Shown: piece after piece, positions 56,452-64,000 of the stretch
Layout of the letters: each line of letters starts with the position of its first letter
How positions within the stretch are numbered: position 1 is the first letter of the stretch
Source of the DNA: Candidatus Magasanikiibacteriota bacterium
Lineage (GTDB): Bacteria > Patescibacteriota > Patescibacteriia > Magasanikbacterales > GWA2-37-8
Direction of reading: 5' to 3'
Length of the DNA stretch: 64,000 nucleotides
Assembly (NCBI GenBank): GCA_963840935.1
Contig: CAWJAS010000001.1
Coordinates: forward strand, 320,875 to 384,874
Notes under the pieces: model-generated
Database searches by the model: none
Told to the model about the DNA's origin: nothing
Seen by the model: only the letters and a program-made list of their open reading frames with translations
Made by a program: the position numbers and the translations under genes

Positions 56452-58496
56452 ATCTGTTTCATCTATTTAGTCCGCGCTCAGTCGCGGTTATTGGCGCAAT
56501 AGACGACCCGAAGAAAATCGGGTTTGCTTTAATGTATAATCTTTCTCAAAATAAAAAAATAAAAATCTATCCGGTTAATCCGACCGTAAAAAAAGTTTTC
56601 AAGGCTGTTTGTTATAAATCGGTCGCCAATATAAACGCTCCGGTGGACTTGGCGATTATTGCCGTAAAGCCCGAAGTTGTGCCCATTGTTTTGAAAGAAT
56701 GCGGAGAGAAAAAAATTCCTCACGCCATAATTATTACCGCCGGTTACAAAGAAATCGGCGCAGTCGGGGAAGAGCGGGAAAATGAGTTAAAACAAATTGC
56801 CAAAAAATATAAAATAAATATTATCGGACCGAATTGTTTGGGAATAATGGACGCGCGTTTTGGTTTGAACGCCACTTTTGGCAATGATTTACCGCGTGTC
56901 GGGCATGTGGCGGTTGTTTCGCAATCCGGCGCCATTGGCACAGCAATGCTTGATTGGGCGGCGGATAAAAATATTGGTTTTTCCAAATTTGTTTCCATCG
57001 GGAATCAAGCCGGCGCAACAGAAAATGATTTTTTGGAATATTTGGGCAAAGATAAAAACACAAAAGCGATAATAATGTATTTGGAAAGTTTATCCAACGG
57101 AAGAAGGTTTTTTAATTTAGCCAAAAAGATTACCGGCAAAAAACCGATAGTTGTTATTAAGGCGGGAATTTCCGAAAAAGGTTCAATAGCCGCTTCTTCG
57201 CATACCGGTTCAATTGCTTCTTCACACGAAATTTTTAAGGCATCTTGCGCCCAGAGCGGAGTTAAGCTTGTTGATTCTTTGGACGAAATGTTTAATTTGA
57301 TACGTTTTTTTGACGCGAATATTTATAAAGCACCCGGTGAATGGGTGATATTAACAAACGGCGGAGGACCGTCAATCGTGTTAACGGATTTATTAGAATC
57401 AACAAAAAACCTTGAATTGGCAAATATTAGCTTGCCAATATTCAATGCTTTAAAAAAGGTTTTGCCTGCTTCGGCCGCGCTCAATAATCCGGTTGATATA
57501 ATAGGGGACGCTTCAGCCGAGCGATACGACGAGGCGTTAAAAATTCTAACCAAAAATAATAAATTTGGAATAATTGTTTTACTGACTCCTCAAAAATTGA
57601 CTGAGATTGAAAAAACGGCAAAAATCATTATCACTCGCGCAAACAAACAATTGGTTGTGCCTTTATTCATTGGCGGAGAAAAAACAAGTTCAGCAAACGG
57701 TATTTTTCAAAAAAATCGTCTTGTAAATTTTTGCGATCCGTTTGCTCTGGTAAAGAGTTTGTCTAATTTGGCCGATAAAGCGATTACCAAAAAATCGACG
57801 CTTAAACAAGAGCCAAAATTAAACACCTCGTTAAGGCAAATGACTTTTGATGAATCATCTGTTTTATTTTCCAAATACGGCCTGAAAATTGATGGAATTT
57901 TTGTAAAAACAAAAAACGATTTGGAGCGAGTCGCAAAAAAAATTAATTTTCCGTGGGCAATAAAAGTTTCCGACGAAAGAATAATACACAAAACCGATGT
58001 TTCAGGCGTAAAAATAAATATCAACTCGCTCAAAGAAGCGGAAGAAGCGTGGGTGGAAATTGAAAGTAATATAAAAAAAATATACCCGAATATTATTTTG
58101 AACGGTTTTGTTGCGCAACCGATGAAAAAAGGAATAGAAGTAATTATTGGGGCAAAGAGAGATGGTAGTTTCGGTCCGGTTATTTTATTCGGCATGGGTG
58201 GAATATTTGTTGAAATATATAAAGACGCGGTAACGCGTTTGGCCCCGATAAATATTAATGAAGCAAAAAAAATGATTGATGAGGTAAAGGGTTCGGCGAT
58301 TCTCAAAGGAGCCAGAGGCGCCAAAAAAGCGGATATTAACGGTTTGGCGAATATTTTGGTATCACTTTCCAAGATAATGATTAAAGAAAGTAAAATCATG
58401 GAAATTGACCTCAATCCGATTATTGCAAGTGTTGACGGCAATCACTTGGTTGATGTGAGAATTATGCTAAAAAATGGCAAATATTCGCCAAAATAA
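56448..58496 (+). CDS. ADP-forming acyl-CoA (acetyl-CoA) synthetase, fused alpha/beta
   Basis: CoA-binding N-terminus (SVAVIGA…KIGF). Succinyl-CoA-synthetase-like core. C-terminal ATP-grasp. Confidence 0.7.
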   Translation: MNLFHLFSPRSVAVIGAIDDPKKIGFALMYNLSQNKKIKIYPVNPTVKKVFKAVCYKSVANINAPVDLAIIAVKPEVVPIVLKECGEKKIPHAIIITAGYKEIGAVGEERENELKQIAKKYKINIIGPNCLGIMDARFGLNATFGNDLPRVGHVAVVSQSGAIGTAMLDWAADKNIGFSKFVSIGNQAGATENDFLEYLGKDKNTKAIIMYLESLSNGRRFFNLAKKITGKKPIVVIKAGISEKGSIAASSHTGSIASSHEIFKASCAQSGVKLVDSLDEMFNLIRFFDANIYKAPGEWVILTNGGGPSIVLTDLLESTKNLELANISLPIFNALKKVLPASAALNNPVDIIGDASAERYDEALKILTKNNKFGIIVLLTPQKLTEIEKTAKIIITRANKQLVVPLFIGGEKTSSANGIFQKNRLVNFCDPFALVKSLSNLADKAITKKSTLKQEPKLNTSLRQMTFDESSVLFSKYGLKIDGIFVKTKNDLERVAKKINFPWAIKVSDERIIHKTDVSGVKININSLKEAEEAWVEIESNIKKIYPNIILNGFVAQPMKKGIEVIIGAKRDGSFGPVILFGMGGIFVEIYKDAVTRLAPININEAKKMIDEVKGSAILKGARGAKKADINGLANILVSLSKIMIKESKIMEIDLNPIIASVDGNHLVDVRIMLKNGKYSPK

Positions 58497-58512
58497 GGGC
58501 TTGCCAAAGCGT

Positions 58513-58567
58513 GTTTTTCGTGATAATATAATCAGGCTAAAATTTGGCCTGATTTTTAATTAATTAC
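58513..58567 (+). promoter_or_regulatory. secA promoter and leader hairpin
   Basis: TTGCCA-17-TAATAT. Then ATCAGGC-taaaatttg-GCCTGAT plus T5, just before the secA ATG. Confidence 0.4.
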
Positions 58568-61318
58568 ATGTCAATAATTACAAAAATATTCGGCGATCCA
58601 AACGCCAAAGTGCTCAAGGGGATTGAACCTATTGTTGCCAAAATAAATTCATTTGAATCGGCGATTTCTTCATTATCCGAAACAGATTTGAAGAATAAAA
58701 CCATTGAGTTTAGAGAACGACTGCAAAAAGGGGAGGCACTTGATGACATTTTGCCTGAAGCATTTGCCGTGGTCAGAGAAACTTCCAAGCGCTTGACCGG
58801 TATGCGTCATTTTGATGTTCAATTAATCGGCGGTATTGTGCTTCATCGCGGTCAAATTTCGGAAATGAGAACCGGTGAAGGAAAAACTTTGGTTGCCACT
58901 TTACCAATGTATTTAAACGCCCTCGAAGGAAAGGGCGCGCATTTGGTAACTGTAAACGATTATTTGGCCAAAAGAGACGCTGTTTGGATGGGTCAGATTT
59001 ATGACGCCCTTGGGTTAACAATCGGCATTATTCAACAACTTGGAGTTTCATACAAATACAACTCTCAAGTTCGTGCCGCGGTTCCAGATTCGGATTTGGC
59101 TGAAGGCGGGGCGATTGACACGGGAAGAGATGTCCAAGGAATGTATAAAATTGAATATGATTATTTGGAACCTTGTTCTCGCGCCGAAGCATACCATTGC
59201 GATATTACTTATGGAACAAACAATGAGTATGGTTTTGATTATTTGCGTGATAATATGATTGGTTCGCTTGGAGACATGGTTCAGCGTGACATGAACTACG
59301 CCATTGTTGATGAAGTTGACTCGATTTTAATTGATGAAGCCAGAACTCCTTTAATTATTTCCGCGCCCGCCGAAGAAGCAGCGGACATGTATTATAAATT
59401 CGCTGAATTAGTAGCTCGGCTTGAAGAAAATACTGACTACAACATTGATGAAAAAATGCGTTCGGCCACATTGTCGGAAGTCGGCATACAAAAAATGGAA
59501 AAGTGGCTTGATATTACAAATATTTACGCTGAAGGCGGAGTGGCAACTGTGCACCACATTGAACAAGCTTTGCGAGCCATGGCTTTATTTAAACGCGACA
59601 AAGATTATGTGGTTGAAGAAGGAGAAGTAATTATTGTTGATGAATTTACCGGACGTAAAATGCCCGGCCGTCGTTATAGTGAAGGATTGCATCAGGCGAT
59701 TGAGGCCAAAGAAAGAGTGGAAATTCAGCGCGAGAGCAGAACAATGGCAACGATAACTTTCCAAAATTATTTTAGAATGTATAAAAAATTATCCGGCATG
59801 ACCGGCACGGCTGTGACTGAGGCTGAGGAATTTGGGAAAATATATAATTTGGAAGTAGTGGTAATCCCGACCAACAAAGCACCGTGTCGCAAAGATCATT
59901 CAGACAGAATATATAAAACAGAAGAGGCAAAATATCAAGCCATTGCCAATAAGTGCAAAGAACTTCAAGAAAAAGGGCAACCGGCGCTTATTGGTACGAT
60001 TTCCGTTGAAAAAAACGAGCAATTATCAATTTTTTTGGAGCGTGAAGGGGTAAAACACGAAATTTTGAACGCAAAAAATCATGAACGAGAAGGAGAAATT
60101 ATCGCTCAAGCCGGCCGTCCGGGCGCGGTAACTCTTGCCACAAACATGGCCGGCCGAGGAGTTGATATTATTATGGGTGGTAATCCGCCGGACAAAGAAT
60201 TGGCGGATAAAGTCAAAGAAGCCGGTGGTCTTTTTGTAATCGGATCCGAGCGCCATGAGTCTCGACGAATTGACAATCAATTGCGGGGTCGAGCCGGGCG
60301 ACAGGGCGATCCGGGTGAATCTCAGTTTTTTCTTTCAACCGATGATGATTTAATGCGTATTTTTGCGGGCGATAGGATAAAGTCGGTAATGCAGACTTTG
60401 CGCGTTCCCGATGATATGCCGATTGAACAAAAATCCATTACAAAAATTATTGAGTCTTCTCAAAAAAAGGTTGAAGGTTATCATTTTGACATGCGTAAGC
60501 ACTTGATTGAATATGATGATGTTCTCAACAAACATCGCGAAGTTGTTTATGGCAAGCGAAAAAATATTTTGGAACAGTATGAAGCGGAAAAAAATGGCGC
60601 GACGCGCGAAGCCAGCCTAACATTGCGTCAGATGATTTATGAAATGATCGAAGCGGAAATCGAATCAGTGGTGTCATTTCATACTAATGCGGAAGATTTG
60701 GTTGAGTGGAATTTAAAAGAAATTATTGAAACAATGCAAACTATTTTTGCGTTGTCTGATGAAGAAAAGAATCAAATTATGGCTTTGGGTGGCAACGGGC
60801 ATTCCAAATTGGAATCAGTGGAAACTCGAACAAAAATAATTGAGTTTTTGACTGTTTTGGCTCAAAAGAAATATGAAAAATATTTGGTGGAAGCGGCCAA
60901 AGACAATTCTCTATTGCTTGAAATTGAAAAACAAATGCTTTTGCGTTCTATCGATAATTTATGGATTGATCATTTGGTGGCGATTGATTATTTGCGAACC
61001 GGAATAGGACTTCGCGGTTATGGCCAAAGAGATCCTTTGGTTGAATACAAAAAAGAAACTTATCGAATGTTTAATGAATTATTATCGTTAATTCAAAAAG
61101 AAGTGGTTTATTCAATTTATAAAGTCGGTATCGGCATTCAACTCGCACCGAGTGTGATGCAAAAAGGCAATTTGATTTTGCAGGGCGCCAAAAAGTCATC
61201 CGACGGTCAGGCGGTTGCCTCCGGCAAGCCACACGACAAAGAGGGTAATGAAGTCGGGAGAAACGATCCTTGTCCTTGTGGCAGTGGTCTAAAGTTCAAG
61301 AAGTGCCATGGTAAATAA
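58568..61318 (+). CDS. secA: Preprotein translocase ATPase SecA
   Basis: DEAD-like motor motifs (MRTGEGKTLVATLP). C-terminal zinc finger CPCGSGLKFKKCHG. Confidence 0.9.
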   Translation: MSIITKIFGDPNAKVLKGIEPIVAKINSFESAISSLSETDLKNKTIEFRERLQKGEALDDILPEAFAVVRETSKRLTGMRHFDVQLIGGIVLHRGQISEMRTGEGKTLVATLPMYLNALEGKGAHLVTVNDYLAKRDAVWMGQIYDALGLTIGIIQQLGVSYKYNSQVRAAVPDSDLAEGGAIDTGRDVQGMYKIEYDYLEPCSRAEAYHCDITYGTNNEYGFDYLRDNMIGSLGDMVQRDMNYAIVDEVDSILIDEARTPLIISAPAEEAADMYYKFAELVARLEENTDYNIDEKMRSATLSEVGIQKMEKWLDITNIYAEGGVATVHHIEQALRAMALFKRDKDYVVEEGEVIIVDEFTGRKMPGRRYSEGLHQAIEAKERVEIQRESRTMATITFQNYFRMYKKLSGMTGTAVTEAEEFGKIYNLEVVVIPTNKAPCRKDHSDRIYKTEEAKYQAIANKCKELQEKGQPALIGTISVEKNEQLSIFLEREGVKHEILNAKNHEREGEIIAQAGRPGAVTLATNMAGRGVDIIMGGNPPDKELADKVKEAGGLFVIGSERHESRRIDNQLRGRAGRQGDPGESQFFLSTDDDLMRIFAGDRIKSVMQTLRVPDDMPIEQKSITKIIESSQKKVEGYHFDMRKHLIEYDDVLNKHREVVYGKRKNILEQYEAEKNGATREASLTLRQMIYEMIEAEIESVVSFHTNAEDLVEWNLKEIIETMQTIFALSDEEKNQIMALGGNGHSKLESVETRTKIIEFLTVLAQKKYEKYLVEAAKDNSLLLEIEKQMLLRSIDNLWIDHLVAIDYLRTGIGLRGYGQRDPLVEYKKETYRMFNELLSLIQKEVVYSIYKVGIGIQLAPSVMQKGNLILQGAKKSSDGQAVASGKPHDKEGNEVGRNDPCPCGSGLKFKKCHGK

Positions 61319-61398
61319 TTTATGTAATTTTATTGTCCACTTGCAATTTTTTGGCCAATTTAGTAAGATTGGCGCACAAAATATCTAAATATTAATTT

Positions 61399-63462
61399 AT
61401 GGCTAAACAAAAGAATGTAACGAAAACAGTGACTCGTTCGCAAATAAAATGGCGAGTTGGCGGTATAGCCGCTTTGTTTGTAGTAAGTCTATTGTTAATT
61501 GTTCCGGGAATATTTAACAAGGGAATCAACGCAATTAACGACAAAATAATGTTGGGTTTGCCAAATTTGGCTGAAAAAGGCTTTAATTTGGGTCTTGATT
61601 TGCAAGGCGGTGCCCATTTGGTATATGTGGCAAAAACCGACAGCATTCCGCCGTCAGACAGGGTTGATTCCGTTGAAGGCGTGCGCGATGTGATTGAAAG
61701 GCGCGTCAGAGGCGGTTTGGGCGTGTCGGAACCGAATGTCCAGACCACCAAAGTGGGGGATGAATACAGGGTGATTGTTGAATTGCCGGGAATAGCCAAT
61801 GTTACAGAAGCAATCGACATGATTGGCGAAACTCCTGTTTTGGAATTTAAAGAAGAAAATTTGGAACCTCCGCGTGAATTAACGACCGAAGAGCAAAAAG
61901 AATTGGATGATTATAACGCGCAGGCAAATAATAAAATTAAAGAAGCTCAAAAAGAATTAAATAAACAAACTGATTTTATTTCTGTTGTTTCAAAATACAG
62001 TGAAGATGAAAAAAGTAAAAAAGAAGGCGGAAATTTGGGATATATCGATGAATATCAATATCCGGAAATTTATGAATGGGCAAAAAAGAATAAAATCGGA
62101 GCAGTTAGTTTAAAAGAAGTCATTGATTCGTCTGATGGTTTAAACTTATTAAAATTAATAGGCGAAAGAGATGGTGAAAAGCGCGTATCAGCCTCTCATC
62201 TTTTGATTTGTTATAGAGGAACCGACTTGTGCGATAATAATTTAACCAAGGAAGAAGCTTTGGCCAAAATAGAAGAATTAAAATCAAAAGCAACAGCCAA
62301 GAATTTTAGTGATTTGGTTAAAGAAAATTCCACTGAACCGGGAGCTTCGGAATTGGGCGGTGACTTGGGTACTTTTAGTAAAGGACAGATGATTGAAGCT
62401 TTTGAACAAGCGTCTTTTGATGGGCAGGTGGGAGAAATAATCGGTCCGGTTGAAACAAATTATGGTTTCCATTTGATTTATAAACAAAATGAAGAAATAC
62501 CAAAAGAATATGAAGTGTCTCGGATTTTTGTAAAAACAAAAAAAGAGACCGATATTTTACCTCCTCAGGATGAGTGGAAATTTACCGGCTTAACCGGTAA
62601 ACAGTTAAAAAAGGCTGAAGTACTGCAAGACCAAAGAAGCGGGCAAATTCAGGTAAGCCTGCAATTTGACGATGATGGTTCAAAATTATTTGCCGAAATT
62701 ACCGAAAGAAATGTAACGAAGCCGGTTGCTATCTTTTTGGATTCCGAACCGATCAGTGTCCCCACTGTGAATGAACCGATTCTTGACGGCAGTGCTGTTA
62801 TTTCGGGTGATTTCAAATGGGATGAAGCCAAACTTTTGGCGCAAAGATTGAATTCGGGTGCGTTGCCTGTTCCGGTGGAATTAATTAGTCAACAAAAAGT
62901 TGACGCTACTTTGGGTGCCGATTCACTACAATCAAGTTTTAAAGCCGGTATTATTGGTTTGATTTTAGTAATTATATTCATGATTGCATATTATCGCTTG
63001 CCGGGTTTAATTGCGGTATTTGCTTTGTTTGCTTATTCGGCTTTAACACTGGCTATCTTTAAAACGATTGGTGTGACGCTTACCTTATCTGGAATCGCCG
63101 GCTTTATTCTTTCTATCGGTTTGGCCGTTGACGCGAATATTTTGGTTTTTGAAAGATTGAAAGAAGAATTGCGTTTCGGGAAAAGTTTGCGTAGCGCCAC
63201 CGAAGAAGCTTTTGTGCGCGCTTGGACCTCGATTAGAGACAGTAATATTACCACTTTGATTTCATGTGTATTTTTGATATGGATGGGAACCGGTTTTGTG
63301 CAGGGATTTGCCACCACTTTATTTATCGGTATCATCGTCAGCATGTTCACAGCCGTGATTGTTACCAGAAACCTGATGCGCTGGGTATTTGGATTTTTCA
63401 AAACCGACCAGTCGAATTGGATGTTTTTGGGAAATAAAAAAACTGAAGAAACGAATAAATAA
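61399..63462 (+). CDS. secD: Protein-export membrane protein SecD with a parvulin (PpiC-type PPIase) insertion in the periplasmic P1 domain
   Basis: SecD motifs LGLDLQGGAHLVYV and the C-terminal TM bundle. Inserted SHLLICYRG…ELGGDLGTFSKGQMIEAFEQASF…GPVETNYGFHLIYK is a full parvulin domain, preceded by a partial parvulin-like segment (EGGNLGYIDEYQYPEIYEWAKK…). Confidence 0.8.
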   Translation: MAKQKNVTKTVTRSQIKWRVGGIAALFVVSLLLIVPGIFNKGINAINDKIMLGLPNLAEKGFNLGLDLQGGAHLVYVAKTDSIPPSDRVDSVEGVRDVIERRVRGGLGVSEPNVQTTKVGDEYRVIVELPGIANVTEAIDMIGETPVLEFKEENLEPPRELTTEEQKELDDYNAQANNKIKEAQKELNKQTDFISVVSKYSEDEKSKKEGGNLGYIDEYQYPEIYEWAKKNKIGAVSLKEVIDSSDGLNLLKLIGERDGEKRVSASHLLICYRGTDLCDNNLTKEEALAKIEELKSKATAKNFSDLVKENSTEPGASELGGDLGTFSKGQMIEAFEQASFDGQVGEIIGPVETNYGFHLIYKQNEEIPKEYEVSRIFVKTKKETDILPPQDEWKFTGLTGKQLKKAEVLQDQRSGQIQVSLQFDDDGSKLFAEITERNVTKPVAIFLDSEPISVPTVNEPILDGSAVISGDFKWDEAKLLAQRLNSGALPVPVELISQQKVDATLGADSLQSSFKAGIIGLILVIIFMIAYYRLPGLIAVFALFAYSALTLAIFKTIGVTLTLSGIAGFILSIGLAVDANILVFERLKEELRFGKSLRSATEEAFVRAWTSIRDSNITTLISCVFLIWMGTGFVQGFATTLFIGIIVSMFTAVIVTRNLMRWVFGFFKTDQSNWMFLGNKKTEETNK

Positions 63463-63486
63463 TTAACGCATAAATGACAAAATATA

Positions 63487-64000
63487 TATGATTCCATTTA
63501 TCAAATATTCAAAGATATGGTTTTCCATTAGCAGTGTGACGGTAATTTTGAGCATTTTTGTTTTGTTGATTTGGGGATTGAAGCCGGGCATTGATTTTAC
63601 CGGTGGGTCACTCATGGAAATAAATTTTTACAATTCTCGTCCGGAAAGCAGTGAAATTATCAGGGTGCTTGAAAACGCGGATATAAAAAATCTTACCCTG
63701 CAAAAAACAGGTGAAAAAGCTTTGATTATCAGGTCGTCTCTTCTGACTGAGGACGCTCATCAAAATACTCTTGACGCAATAAAAAAAGAATTTGAAAAAG
63801 ACGGCAATCATATTATTGAATCCAGATTTGAGATGATTGGTCCCACAGTCAGCCAACAGCTTCGCCAACGTTCAGCTTGGGCCATTATTTTGGTTTGTCT
63901 TGGTATTATCGGGTATGTTGCGTATGCTTTTCGCTCTGTTTCAAGGCCGATTGCCAGTTGGAAATATGGCGCTTTGGCAATCGTGGCTTTAATTCACGAT
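63487..64000 (+). CDS. secF: Protein-export membrane protein SecF (N-terminal part; continues beyond the window)
   Basis: TM helix, GIDFTGGS motif, follows secD. Confidence 0.8.

Overview
AT-rich bacterial chromosome segment, roughly 35-40% GC judged by eye. It has the small, dense housekeeping layout typical of a reduced-genome, fermentative organism of the CPR/Patescibacteria style; that assignment is inference from gene content only. Most of the window is core machinery. Translation: prfA-prmC, rel, rpmE, rpsB-tsf, rlmI, aspS, valS-tyrS-argS, pyrH, rplJ-rplL and a sub-threshold rpmB. Lower glycolysis: gap, pgk, eno and two tandem gpmI paralogs. Others: scpAB, ndk, secA-secD-secF, and a fermentative H2 module (NuoF-like, [FeFe]-hydrogenase HydA, 2-oxoacid:ferredoxin oxidoreductase, ADP-forming acyl-CoA synthetase). 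One tRNA-Leu(GAG) was found by eye. Many sigma70-like consensus promoters and hairpin/T-run terminators are visible. The unusual content is of two kinds. First, single-gene GC-rich islets with their own consensus promoter, SD and terminator; each is listed in the findings. Second, a dispersed family of GC-rich, near-palindromic MITE/RPE-like repeats. One copy sits in-frame inside rlmI. One is bounded by 26-28 bp inverted repeats between aspS and scpA. One lies after tRNA-Leu with a 19-nt duplication of the tRNA 3' end. A composite cluster lies downstream of rlmI. Further oddities: a parvulin PPIase insertion inside SecD, a DHH protein with degenerate active-site motifs, and an uncharacterised five-gene acidic-protein cluster. 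All calls rest on reading the sequence and translations, with no database searches.
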